A stretch of DNA of 64,000 nt, taken from a virus. Lineage: Duplodnaviria; Caudoviricetes. Position 1 is the first letter of the stretch, and each line of letters begins with the position of its first letter. The stretch is taken from the IMG/VR virus record IMGVR_UViG_2862465376_000001, positions 64,001 to 128,000 of that record. One strand, given 5' to 3'. Position numbers and translations under genes: made by a program. The notes below the pieces were generated by a model. That model was not told the origin of the DNA. It saw only the letters and a list, made by a program, of their open reading frames with translations, and searched no databases. Positions 1 through 9,631 of the stretch are shown one piece after another.

Positions 1-268
1 CGCCCATCCTCTTGTGCATGGCGTACCAGCGGGCGATGGACTGCGAGTTGTCGTCGGTGTCGACCACGACCACGTCGAGGCCCAGCACCAGGGAGAAGTA
101 GAGGGCGAGGTAGAGCACAGTGGTGCTCTTGCCAGTGCCGCCCTTCAAGATTCCGACGCCGATGACGAAGCCTCGGCGGGTCTTCACCCACTTCACGATG
201 GCCTGGATGGGGGCGATGAGTCGGCGCAGTTCCTTCTCACTGTCCGGCTTGTGTCTCCAGTTGGACAT
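1..268 (-). CDS. parA: ParA-family partition ATPase (N-terminal part; runs off window)
   Basis: Not in the ORF track. Manual translation from ATG 268 (RBS AGGAG): MSNWRHKPDSEKELRRLIAPIQAIVKWVKTRRGFVIGVGILKGGTGKSTTVLYLALYFSLVLGLDVVVVDTDDNSQS; deviant Walker A KGGTGKST and VVVDTD motif. Confidence 0.88.
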   Translation of the reverse strand, partial: MSNWRHKPDSEKELRRLIAPIQAIVKWVKTRRGFVIGVGILKGGTGKSTTVLYLALYFSLVLGLDVVVVDTDDNSQSIARWYAMHKRMG

Positions 269-385
269 GTTTTCAACTCCTAGGCGGGATGACGCCCCAC
301 ATCTTGCCGTACGGCACTGCGTCCGTGGGCCAGGAGGCCGTGTTTCGGGCCGGATCGGCGCCAGAAAGGGGTGAGGAGGTGGCCC

Positions 386-814
386 ATGAAGACGCTGGCG
401 CTCGTTGGCGGAGACCTGGCCCTCGGTGAGGGCGGCTACCGGACGGTCACGGGTGCGCCCCGGATCCGGCAGGACCTGGGCCTGGCGCTTGCCGAGCCGT
501 TCGGGCACGACCCGTACCACCCGGAGTTCGGCTCGGTGCTGGCCTCGCACATCGGTGAGCCGCTGACGGCCGAGCTGGAGCTGCTCGTGCGGTCGGAGAT
601 CGTGCGGGTCATCCAGCAGTACGTGGACGCGCAGCAGGCGCAGATCGCGGCCGACGCGCTGTCCCGGTCACGGTCCCGGTTCAGCTACCAGGACGTGGTC
701 AAGGAGGTCACGTCGATCAACACGGAGCTGCAGTACGACACGCTCAAGGTGACGATCGCGCTCAAGACCCAGTCCGGTGCGACGGTCAAGGTGCTTCGGA
801 CGGTCACGACGTAG
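386..814 (+). CDS. baseplate wedge protein, gp25/GPW-like
   Basis: RBS GAGGAGG; IRQDL..L.EP.G.DPYHPEFGS pattern typical of gp25-like proteins; upstream of baseplate J. Confidence 0.75.
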   Translation: MKTLALVGGDLALGEGGYRTVTGAPRIRQDLGLALAEPFGHDPYHPEFGSVLASHIGEPLTAELELLVRSEIVRVIQQYVDAQQAQIAADALSRSRSRFSYQDVVKEVTSINTELQYDTLKVTIALKTQSGATVKVLRTVTT

Positions 815-1205
815 CCATGTCTCGCGCGAACCGCTCCAGCTCCTGCTCGGTGATCGGTTCGGGCCGGGGGCGGGCGATCACGTTCAGGGAGCCTGCCTGT
901 TCCCCGCCGAGGATGTAGCCGTAGGCGACGAGGGCTGTGTCACGGGTCTCGTAGTGGCCGGGCAGGTACCCGTACCAGTCGCACGCCATGGTGAAGCTGT
1001 CGATCATGTCGCGGACACGGAGCTGGCCAAGGCGCGAAGAGGAAGCCGGGGAGTCCTCGTCGTCGCGCAGGTCTGGGCGCAGGAGGTCCTCCAGGTCGGC
1101 GACAGTGAGGGCCTCGCCGACGTAGGCGTCCAACGTGGCGCCTCCGCCTCCGAGACGGATACCGTGAGCGACCTTCTCGGCGTCGAAGTCTGCGTAGTCG
1201 GGCAT
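804..1205 (-). CDS. hypothetical protein (antisense insertion in the baseplate cluster)
   Basis: Good RBS (AAGGAG), GC3-biased codons, 133 aa acidic ORF. Confidence 0.6.
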   Translation of the reverse strand: MPDYADFDAEKVAHGIRLGGGGATLDAYVGEALTVADLEDLLRPDLRDDEDSPASSSRLGQLRVRDMIDSFTMACDWYGYLPGHYETRDTALVAYGYILGGEQAGSLNVIARPRPEPITEQELERFARDMATS

Positions 1206-1221
1206 GCTGCTGCTCCTTGTG

Positions 1222-1286
1222 AGGGGGGTCGGCGGGGACTCGAACCCCAGCTTGGTTTGATGCCATCGCCCGTATCTCCAGACCCC
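1222..1286 (-). ncRNA. tRNA-like element (acceptor stem, D-like arm, T arm; no proper anticodon arm)
   Basis: Minus strand GGGTCTG...TGGGG-TTCGAGT-CCCCG-CCGACCC: canonical T-loop and a 6/7-paired acceptor stem; about 61 nt, too short for a full tRNA. Confidence 0.35.
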
Positions 1287-1407
1287 ACGGTGGCGACCCG
1301 CAGGCGACCCATGAGCAACGTACGCGGCATCGGCCGCGTGGTCACGGAATTGCTGTGAGGAGCCTCCCGCTCGTCCTCAAGGGGTGACGAGAGGGAGGGC
1401 GCCGCGC

Positions 1408-3258
1408 ATGGGTGTTTCACGGGAGGACATCGTCACGCAGATGCGTGACGCGCTGCTGGTCTCCGACCCGGAGCTGGACACGTCCATCGGCACTCCGGCC
1501 CGGAAGATCCTGGACGCGGTCGCGGCCAGCCTGGCGGACGCCTACGTCGAGAACCACCTGCTGTCGTACGCCTACGACATCGACAGCAAGGTGGACCAGG
1601 ACTTGGACTCGTTCTGCCAGCTGTTCGGCATCGCCCGGATCCCGGCCCGGCGCGCGGTCGGCACGGTCACGTTCTCCCGGACCGGCGACCTGACCGCCAC
1701 GGTGTTCATCCCCGTGGGCACGGAGATCTCGTCGGCGGCGGACTCGGCGATCGTGGTCACCACGGTCACCGGCGGCACGCTCATGCCTGGGGTCACGTCG
1801 GTCACGGTGCCGGTCCAGGCGGTCACGGCCGGGCCGGAGGGCAACCTGGGGGCGGGGACGGCGACCCTGATCACGTCGCCGATCCAGGGGGTCAACTCGG
1901 TGGTCAACACGGCCGCCTTCACCGGGGGCACCTCGCGGGAGACCGACTCGGAGCTGCGGACCCGCTGGAAGTCCACGGTCTTCCGGTCGCTGGCCGGGAC
2001 CGAGCAGATGTACCGGGGCGTGGCCCTGGATGACACGGACTGCTACGCGGTGTCCGTGGTCGGCTCCTCCCGGACGCGGTCGGAGATCCTCCAGGTCCCG
2101 GTCAGCGGGGACGTGGTCTGCGAGATCGAGGACGCCCGGTACGTCTACTCGTCGCCGGTGCAGGTGACGAAGGCCGACGGCATCCCGCTGCTGAAGGACT
2201 ACGACTACGAGTGGATCCCGGCGAACCCGCCGCAGATCCGTGGGCTGTCGTCCACGTTCCCGGCGGCCGGTGAGCTGCTGACCGTGGACTACCAGTACCT
2301 GCCGGTGGTGAGCCGGAACGATCCGGACCAGAACATCACCAACCGGATCGACCTCTTCACCGGCGGCATCCGCGCGCAGGGGGCGCAGGCCAGCCTGGTC
2401 TTCCAGACCGAGAAGAAGTTCCAGACGGTGTCGACGCTGGACCTGTTCACCGGGGACTGGCTGCGCGCGGACCAGACGCGGCCGACGGCGGCCAACATCT
2501 TCGTGCCGCTGCCGTTCGGACCGATCCTGACGGTGCCGTCCACGCTGGTGGTCGGGGCGACGACGTACGGGCTGGCCACGAAGGCGAACCCGCTCGGGAC
2601 GATCGCGAACGGGGTGACGTACGCCTACCAGGTCGTGCACGAGGACACGGTGGAGGGCTGGACGCCGACGAGCCGGTTCGGTCTGGAGTGGCACCGTACC
2701 TACCTGCCCGCCGACGGCACGCCGCTGGCGGTGGGCAACGCGGGCGACTACACGTACAACGAGGTGCCCGCCTCGGTCCAGGACGCGGTCAACCGGTGGC
2801 GGCTGGTCGGGATCGACGCGAAGGTCCACCAGGCGAAGCAGCGGTGGCTCAGGTTCTCGCTCGGCGTGATGTACGCGGCGTCCTCCACGGGGGCGGTTGA
2901 CTCGGTCCAGGACTCGATCAGGACGGCCTTGAGTGACTACCTGAACCGGATGGACTTCAACTCCAGCATCCAGATCTCCGACGTCCTCGCGGTCATCCAC
3001 CAGGTGCCCGGGGTGGACAACGTCCGGCTGCTCCACGGCGGCGACGTGACCGGGTACAACCCGGCCAACCCGAACGCCTCGGTCGTCGGGATCCAGGAGA
3101 TCGTGCCGAACTCCTCCCCGGACTCGGCCGCGCTCAAGTCTCACGTCGAGGCGTCGACCGGCCGGGCCAAGGACGTCTACTTCCGCGACGACGAGCTGCC
3201 GGTCCTGGGCGGTATCGCCTTCAAGACCCTGGCCCGCAACAGCTTCGGAGTCCTGTGA
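1408..3258 (+). CDS. baseplate J-like protein
   Basis: DLDSFCQLFGIARIPARRAVGTVTF, AVTAGPEGNLGAG and GG..RETDSELR.R are baseplate J motifs. Confidence 0.88.
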   Translation: MGVSREDIVTQMRDALLVSDPELDTSIGTPARKILDAVAASLADAYVENHLLSYAYDIDSKVDQDLDSFCQLFGIARIPARRAVGTVTFSRTGDLTATVFIPVGTEISSAADSAIVVTTVTGGTLMPGVTSVTVPVQAVTAGPEGNLGAGTATLITSPIQGVNSVVNTAAFTGGTSRETDSELRTRWKSTVFRSLAGTEQMYRGVALDDTDCYAVSVVGSSRTRSEILQVPVSGDVVCEIEDARYVYSSPVQVTKADGIPLLKDYDYEWIPANPPQIRGLSSTFPAAGELLTVDYQYLPVVSRNDPDQNITNRIDLFTGGIRAQGAQASLVFQTEKKFQTVSTLDLFTGDWLRADQTRPTAANIFVPLPFGPILTVPSTLVVGATTYGLATKANPLGTIANGVTYAYQVVHEDTVEGWTPTSRFGLEWHRTYLPADGTPLAVGNAGDYTYNEVPASVQDAVNRWRLVGIDAKVHQAKQRWLRFSLGVMYAASSTGAVDSVQDSIRTALSDYLNRMDFNSSIQISDVLAVIHQVPGVDNVRLLHGGDVTGYNPANPNASVVGIQEIVPNSSPDSAALKSHVEASTGRAKDVYFRDDELPVLGGIAFKTLARNSFGVL

Positions 3259-4595
3259 TGGCGACCGACGACCAGCTCCACCAGGGGCAGGGGAACTACG
3301 GCAGGGACGTGATCCCGGGCGGCCTGATCCCGCTCCAGGCCGACATCACCGTGCCGCAGTCCACGGCGCTGGCCAGCGGCACGGGCATGCTGGTGGCGGA
3401 CCTGGCCGTGTCCGAGCAGCTGCGGCACTTCCCGGAGGAGATCTACGACCTCCGGCCCACCTCGCACCTGGTGCGGCTGATGCAGGCCCTGCTCGGCGAC
3501 TCCGGTGTCGGGCAGCTCCGCAAGAGGCTTCTGATCGCGCAGCTGGAGAGCCTGTCGTCGTCCGGGGCCAGATTCTTTGATCTCGACCGGTTCTACGGTG
3601 CGCTGTTCGGTGCCACCAGGACCGGTGCTGAGCAGCTGCCGATCAACCCGATGGAGACGTCGACCGCCACGGCGGCGGAGTGGGACTCGATCGAGGCGGC
3701 CGACGCGAGCTTCCGGGACCGGATGACGGCGCTCGCGCACTCGATCGCCATGGGCGGGACGCTGCCGGGCCTGCAGGCGGCGGCCGAGGCCGTCACCGGT
3801 GTCGAGGCGGACATCTACGAGTCCTGGGCGCTGCTGGACGCTGCCGGGGACCCGGACGAGGCCGGGCACACCTGGGAGTGGATGGAGGGCGGCACCTGGG
3901 GCGAGTACGACGGCCAGATCTGGGGGACGCTGGAGGGCACGCCGTTCTACGGCCGGTCCGGTGTCCTGACCCGGTCGGAGGTCCTGGTCCGGGTCAACCG
4001 TGACTACGCGGCCACCCCGGCCGGACGGGCGCAGCGAGCGAGTGACGAGTCGGCCCTGGTGCGGGTCCTTGAGCGGGTCAAGCCCGCTCATGTCCTGCTC
4101 ACGGTCGACACTGACGGGGCTTCGGCGCTGGCGGCGCGGGGGATCGCCGGGGTGCGGGCCGACAGCGAGAACTGGGAGATCGTCACCCAGGTCACGCCCG
4201 GTCAAGTCCCCTTGGGCACGAACCCCTACCCGCTGTCGGCGGTGCAGGAGCAGGAGGGGGTTGACCCGGCCTCCGCGCGGGCGCTGCCGCGTCCGCCGCT
4301 GACGACGCGGCTGGGTGACGAGTGGTCGTACGGCTCGCAGATGCCAACCTGCCGTTCGTACGCGGTCAACCCTGATGACCCGACGAACTTCACCGAACCT
4401 GGAGCGGTCCCGGACCTCGGTCTTGACTCGCTTGACCAGACGGTGGTCTGGCGTGACGGGACGTCGACCGTCTACCGGGCGTCGCTGGGGGCCCTTGACC
4501 CGCTGCTGAGCCAGGCCGCGCGGGCGGGTGCCGACGGGGTGCTCGTCGCCAACGCCTACAGCGGCGACCGCCGCACTGTCCTTCCCACCGAGTAA
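3258..4595 (+). CDS. baseplate/tail protein (P2 gpI-like wedge)
   Basis: Coupled to baseplate J; DLDRFYGALFG..R, GGT..GLQAAAEAVTG, LERVKPAHVLLTV patterns. Confidence 0.65.
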   Translation: MATDDQLHQGQGNYGRDVIPGGLIPLQADITVPQSTALASGTGMLVADLAVSEQLRHFPEEIYDLRPTSHLVRLMQALLGDSGVGQLRKRLLIAQLESLSSSGARFFDLDRFYGALFGATRTGAEQLPINPMETSTATAAEWDSIEAADASFRDRMTALAHSIAMGGTLPGLQAAAEAVTGVEADIYESWALLDAAGDPDEAGHTWEWMEGGTWGEYDGQIWGTLEGTPFYGRSGVLTRSEVLVRVNRDYAATPAGRAQRASDESALVRVLERVKPAHVLLTVDTDGASALAARGIAGVRADSENWEIVTQVTPGQVPLGTNPYPLSAVQEQEGVDPASARALPRPPLTTRLGDEWSYGSQMPTCRSYAVNPDDPTNFTEPGAVPDLGLDSLDQTVVWRDGTSTVYRASLGALDPLLSQAARAGADGVLVANAYSGDRRTVLPTE

Positions 4596-4610
4596 GCCGT
4601 AGGGGATCTC

Positions 4611-7600
4611 ATGGCCGACCTGTATCCGGACTACGCCGCGCTGGCCGCCGCGCGGCAGATCGGCGTGGACTACCGGCTGCTGGTGCGTACTCCTCCGGGC
4701 TCCCGGCTGGCTCACATCGCAATCCACGGCGGCGGCATCGAGCCGGGCACGCTGGAGATCGCCGACTACCTGGCCGGGTCGGCCAGCCGCTTCTACGCGT
4801 TCGACGGCATGCTGACGTCGGGCAACTCCGACCTGTACATCACCTCGACCAACTACGACGAGCCGCAGGTCCTGGACCTCGTCGCGGCCAGCGACTACGT
4901 CATTTCCTGGCACGGAACGGCCGGGGACGAACAGGTGACGTACGTCGGGGGCCTGGACACCGAGATCGCGTCCCGGCTGCAGGACGAGCTGGCGCGGGCC
5001 GGGTTCGCGGTCGAGGCGGGCGACACGGAGCTGAACAGCTCGGACCCTGCGAACGTCGTGAACAAGGGCTCGCGCGCCAAGGGCGTGCAGCTGGAGCTGA
5101 CGGCCGCGCTGCGTGAGGCGTTCTTCGAGGACTTCAGCCGAGACGGCCGGGACAGCGGTCCCCGGACCGCCCTGTTCTACGCCTACGTCACGGCGGTCCA
5201 GACCGCGCTCAACGGACTGGACGTGCCGGTCAAGGCAGTGGGCACGTCGGCGCGCACCTCGGCTCGGCCGGTCAGTGCGACGGGCTCGGTCTCGGGCGAC
5301 TACGGAATCCCGGCGCTGGCGCCCTTGACCGTGGACGGCATGCCCCTTGACTCGCTCAAGGACGCGGTCAGGCTCGCCAGCAAGCGGCAGGTCAGCGCGG
5401 ACAATGAGCGGTTCTGGTCCAGCGCGCCCCGGCCCAACGGGGATCCGGTGCGGGAGGTCTTCGAGTTCGCTCTGGCCTCGGACCGGCCGGTCAACAGGGT
5501 GGCGTTCTCTCTGGCACGGTTCCCGCAGCGGGCCTGGGTGCAGTACCGGGACCGGGACGGCCTGTGGCACCCCCTGCTCCAGAAGGGCGGCGGTCCGGTC
5601 CAGATCAGCATCATGGACTCGGTCCCGGCGGTCATCCCGACCGGTGTGGCCGACGAGGTGAAGCTGCACCCGCAGCACTTCGGGGCCGGGCACTGGATGC
5701 CCCAGCTGGTCGACGTGGAGCCGGTGACCGCGAGCCGGTTCCGGATCGTCATGACCCGGCTGCCGTCGTCGTCGGCGCCGCGCGCCCTGGACGGGCAGAC
5801 GGTGCCCTACTCGCTCGGGGTCAAGGATGCTCTGGTGTCCTACCGGGCCGCGTCCCTGGCCGACCTGCCGTGGCTTCCCCAGGTCGACGCCGAGAACACG
5901 GTGCCGATCGCCGGGTCGACCGACATCCTCGGCTCGCAGGTCGACTACGTCCTGCGCCGGAACCGGGCGGCGAACCTGGTGCCGCCCGCGACCGGTATCT
6001 GGCGGTGTGCTCCGCAGCCGGTACCGAACGCCGTGGTGAGCCTGTACCTGGATCTGAGGACGTCCGAGGGCGCCGGTCAGGTCGTGGACCGGCTGTACGT
6101 TGACCCGGTCACCTCCGGGCCGTCGGTGAACCTGTACTACACGGACGAGACGGTGGTGCCGGACCGGTTCGTCCCGAGCGACACCCCGCTGACCCTGCCC
6201 CTGGTCCGGGCCGCGTCCGAGATGCCGACGGCGGACTCCGAGGGGCTGCTGTTCGAGACGTCCCGCTCGTACCTGGACATCGACAACCGGGCCTGCCAGT
6301 TCGATCCGGGTGAGCCGTTCCTGCTGGCCATGACGGTCCAGCCGCAGTTCACCTCGGACGAGACCGGTCAATGGACCATCCTGGACACGCCTGCACTCAC
6401 GGTCATGATCAGCGATGGCGTGCTGACCGTACGCCTGGGCGAGCGGACGGTGGAGCTGGACCGGGCCCTCTTCGGCTTCAATGCCCGCATCCCGCTTGCC
6501 GTCGCCTACGACGGCTCGACGCTGACCGTGCGCACCCCGTGGGACACGCGGATCCAGGAGCACACCCACGTCCAGGGCATGGCGCCGCCGAACATCATCC
6601 GCCTCGGCGGGCCGCTGCAGGGCGAAGGCGGTGCCATGCGGCTGGTCAACCTCTTCCTCGCGCGCGGCCGGGCCGCCGATGTCACCACGATCGAGGAGTA
6701 CTGGGATAGCCCGGCCGCCTACGCGCTGCCGCCGGGACACAACGTGGACCCCACCACGCACACCAGCGCCAGCGCGCTGCTGCGGATGGATCCGGTGCTC
6801 ATCACCCCGGGCGCCGACTCGGTGTGTCCGTGGGGGCTGATCGGTGGCCCTCCGGTCGCCACCGACGAGCTGGTGTGGACGCCGGTCCCGGGCGACTACA
6901 CCTTGCGCAAGGGGTTGCTGAAGTTCCGGCCGGTCAAGGCCCGGCACCTGAAGATGGAGTTCACCAACCTGCAGCCGATGGTGCTCACCCCGTCGCAGGC
7001 CTCGCCGCTGGTGGAGACGCAGCTGTTTCCTCCCGACAGCGGGCAGCCGTCCGGGGTGATGGCCACGGGCACGTCGGTGTCGGGTGCGGCCCCGGCCGGG
7101 GCGCGGGTGGCGACCGAGCAGGGGGCGGTCTACCAGTACATCGACGCGAACCGCATCGTCGGCGGCGCCGCCAGCGATGTGCCGTACAAGTCGACTGAGG
7201 CGCTGTACGCGCCGGACCCGCTCGCCGCCCAGCAGCTGCGGCGCTCGGGCCAGCGGTTCCCGTACATGCCGCTGCCGGGCACCCGCTCACCCCGGTTCAC
7301 CAGCACCGGCCGTCACCGGTACCAGACGATGCAGCTGGCCATGGATACGAAGGTCGGCTACACCGTGGCGATCAGCCAGGTGCTGGCCTACCTCGCCGAC
7401 CCGGTCGCCCAGCGGGACACCGAGCAGTACGTGGAGCTTTTCCACGACACCACGTACCTGACTGGGTACACCGACAGCGAGCAGGGCGGCTGGAAGCACA
7501 CCGGGTCCGCGATGGTCACGACTGGCCAGCCGCCGTGGACGGGCACCCGGATGACGTCGAAGGCGTTCATCTCCAAGCGCCGGGTGCTGGCGGTGCAGTT

Positions 7601-8789
7601 CGCGGCGCAGACCTCGGAGGCCCAGCAGCTGGTCGCCGACCCGGACTTCGACGACCCGAGCCTGCGGTACTGGCGGCCGGTCGGGGACGCCACCATCAAG
7701 TCCTCGGACCGGTACGCGTCCACCATCGGCCGGATGGCCGAGGTCGCGCGCGGGCACTCCGTGTCGTCCTGGGGAGCCCTGGAGTCCCGGTTCCCGACCT
7801 GGGGCGACTTCGAGGAGTCCAACCCCCTGCCCAACCGGCCTCTGTGGTGGGAGGTGGAGAACTCCACCAGCGAGGCGGACCTGGGCGGAATCGAGTCGCT
7901 GCAGCCCGTCCAGCCCGCGCCGGGCGGACGCCTGTACGGGGCAGCCCGCGTCTACACCACGGGGCCGCTGCAGCAGCCTCTCCTCCTGCAGCTGGTCAAC
8001 GGGGACGGCCGGGTCCTCGCGCAGGCATCCCAGACCATCAACGCCGCCCAGATCGCGGAGTGGTACGTCGGCGTGACCGTCCGCACCAGCGCTCCGTCCG
8101 GCTCGGTCACCTGGGACACGGTCTCCGCCAGCGGCACCCGCACCTGGGGCGGGGTGGAGGCCCTCGGCATGTGGGGCGACGTCACCCAGGACTGGGACGT
8201 CGACAACATCCATGACGTCCGGGTCCGGGTCATCCAGCAGGGAGAGGCGGGAACGGACGCCTGGCACACCGACAGCCTGGCCGTGTTCAACGACCCCATC
8301 ATCTGGGAGATCTCCCGCGACGGAGGCATCACCTGGTACGAGATGCTGAACATCCGCAACAACCCGCGCGGCGTGTTCCAGTTCCCCGAACTGCCCGCCG
8401 TCGACCGCTCCGGCGGCACCCAGCTCCGGTGGCGGGCCACCGGCTACGCCCCCGATCTGTCGGTGTCGTCGGTCGTCCTGCGCCCCTGGTACGCCACGCT
8501 GTCCGGCGCCGTCCCCTACCTCGACACGCTGCAGGCGGCGGGCTCGCCGTCGTCGCTCGCCGACTACTACCCGCCGGTGGAGGCCGACCCGCTGTTCCAG
8601 GGCTGGCAGCACCCCATCCCGCAGGACTGGTGGCTGGCCTCGCGCCAGTGGCTGCGGCAGACCGCCCCGAAGACCGACCCGCTGCCCGCAATCACCCTGC
8701 CCGAGGCCGTCGCCGAGGGAACAGACGAGGGCAACCCGCCGTCCCCGGCGAAGCGCTCCCTCACCGACGCGTTCGTCCTCAACCGCTAA
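4611..8789 (+). CDS. large virion/tail protein with N-terminal poly-gamma-glutamate hydrolase (PghP/DUF867-like) domain
   Basis: N-terminal ~200 aa has AIHGGGIEPGT, ITSTNYDEP, SWHG and GVQLEL motifs; remainder beta-rich, with a Trp-repeat segment; lies in the tail module. Confidence 0.78.
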   Translation: MADLYPDYAALAAARQIGVDYRLLVRTPPGSRLAHIAIHGGGIEPGTLEIADYLAGSASRFYAFDGMLTSGNSDLYITSTNYDEPQVLDLVAASDYVISWHGTAGDEQVTYVGGLDTEIASRLQDELARAGFAVEAGDTELNSSDPANVVNKGSRAKGVQLELTAALREAFFEDFSRDGRDSGPRTALFYAYVTAVQTALNGLDVPVKAVGTSARTSARPVSATGSVSGDYGIPALAPLTVDGMPLDSLKDAVRLASKRQVSADNERFWSSAPRPNGDPVREVFEFALASDRPVNRVAFSLARFPQRAWVQYRDRDGLWHPLLQKGGGPVQISIMDSVPAVIPTGVADEVKLHPQHFGAGHWMPQLVDVEPVTASRFRIVMTRLPSSSAPRALDGQTVPYSLGVKDALVSYRAASLADLPWLPQVDAENTVPIAGSTDILGSQVDYVLRRNRAANLVPPATGIWRCAPQPVPNAVVSLYLDLRTSEGAGQVVDRLYVDPVTSGPSVNLYYTDETVVPDRFVPSDTPLTLPLVRAASEMPTADSEGLLFETSRSYLDIDNRACQFDPGEPFLLAMTVQPQFTSDETGQWTILDTPALTVMISDGVLTVRLGERTVELDRALFGFNARIPLAVAYDGSTLTVRTPWDTRIQEHTHVQGMAPPNIIRLGGPLQGEGGAMRLVNLFLARGRAADVTTIEEYWDSPAAYALPPGHNVDPTTHTSASALLRMDPVLITPGADSVCPWGLIGGPPVATDELVWTPVPGDYTLRKGLLKFRPVKARHLKMEFTNLQPMVLTPSQASPLVETQLFPPDSGQPSGVMATGTSVSGAAPAGARVATEQGAVYQYIDANRIVGGAASDVPYKSTEALYAPDPLAAQQLRRSGQRFPYMPLPGTRSPRFTSTGRHRYQTMQLAMDTKVGYTVAISQVLAYLADPVAQRDTEQYVELFHDTTYLTGYTDSEQGGWKHTGSAMVTTGQPPWTGTRMTSKAFISKRRVLAVQFAAQTSEAQQLVADPDFDDPSLRYWRPVGDATIKSSDRYASTIGRMAEVARGHSVSSWGALESRFPTWGDFEESNPLPNRPLWWEVENSTSEADLGGIESLQPVQPAPGGRLYGAARVYTTGPLQQPLLLQLVNGDGRVLAQASQTINAAQIAEWYVGVTVRTSAPSGSVTWDTVSASGTRTWGGVEALGMWGDVTQDWDVDNIHDVRVRVIQQGEAGTDAWHTDSLAVFNDPIIWEISRDGGITWYEMLNIRNNPRGVFQFPELPAVDRSGGTQLRWRATGYAPDLSVSSVVLRPWYATLSGAVPYLDTLQAAGSPSSLADYYPPVEADPLFQGWQHPIPQDWWLASRQWLRQTAPKTDPLPAITLPEAVAEGTDEGNPPSPAKRSLTDAFVLNR

Positions 8790-8798
8790 GGAGCCCCC

Positions 8799-9572
8799 GT
8801 GCGCGCCCACTTCAACCGTGCCCTCCTGGACAGGGAGGGCAACCAGGTCGACACGGCCACGATCCGGCTCCGCGTCGCCGGGAGCACCGACCTGCTCACC
8901 GACACCGTCTACACCAACGCCACCGGCGGCGCCACGTACACCAACCCGTGGGAGGCCGTCGGCGGCGAGGTCGACTTCTACCTCGACTCGCCGACCCGGC
9001 TGCAGATCGGTATCACGGTCGGCGCCGACCCCGAGCAGCTCTGGGACGACGTCGATGTCCTCGCGGTCGGCGCGGACTCCTCCCACCCGGGCACCGGAGC
9101 GGACTCCACCCAGGTCGGCGCGGACTCCCTGTCGTCCGGCCAGGGATCGACGTCCCTGGGCACCGGCGCGCAGGCCACTGCCGACCTCTCCACGGCTCTC
9201 GGATACCAGACGGCGACCAGCGAGGCCGGAAGCATCGCCGTAGGCTCCCAGGCGGCCGCCTCGCAGGCCGGGGCCATTGCGGTGGGCCAGTCGGCTCTGT
9301 CGTCCGGCGCCCAGGCCACCACGCTCGGCGATGCCGCCCAGGCCGTCTACGACCACTCCACGGCTATCGGCGCGGGCGCTGCGACCGACCGGCCCAACCA
9401 GGTCCGGCTCGGCACGGAGCAGGACCAGGTCGACATCCCCGGTACGGTCACCCTGCGCAGCCCAGGCGGAATCCCGTTCCTCCTCGGTGTCACCGACACG
9501 GGCATGCTGTTCACGCAGAAGCTGCCCCCGTACGTTCCGCCGACACCGCCCGACGAGGGCGGCGGAGAGTAG
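8799..9572 (+). CDS. tail fibre-like protein with YadA/Hep-Hag-type head repeats
   Basis: 14-aa periodic STALG/SIAVG/AIAVG/STAIG repeats; N-terminal domain shared with the 9632 and 12567 ORFs. Confidence 0.68.
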   Translation: MRAHFNRALLDREGNQVDTATIRLRVAGSTDLLTDTVYTNATGGATYTNPWEAVGGEVDFYLDSPTRLQIGITVGADPEQLWDDVDVLAVGADSSHPGTGADSTQVGADSLSSGQGSTSLGTGAQATADLSTALGYQTATSEAGSIAVGSQAAASQAGAIAVGQSALSSGAQATTLGDAAQAVYDHSTAIGAGAATDRPNQVRLGTEQDQVDIPGTVTLRSPGGIPFLLGVTDTGMLFTQKLPPYVPPTPPDEGGGE

Positions 9573-9631
9573 ACCGGTTGCTGTGTGCCTCCCCCTGTTC
9601 GCCCTCCAAGGAGTGAGCAGAGGGAGGCATC

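Noticed and set aside
1222-1286. Functional tRNA gene
   Set aside because: No anticodon arm and no encoded CCA; kept only as a tRNA-like element.
1417-6947. Very long antisense ORFs (e.g. 575 aa and 1256 aa; similar ones opposite dinG, dnaE and terL)
   Set aside because: Shadow frames of high-GC coding sequence: low-complexity Arg/Gly/Val-rich translations, no RBS, fully overlapping well-supported genes.
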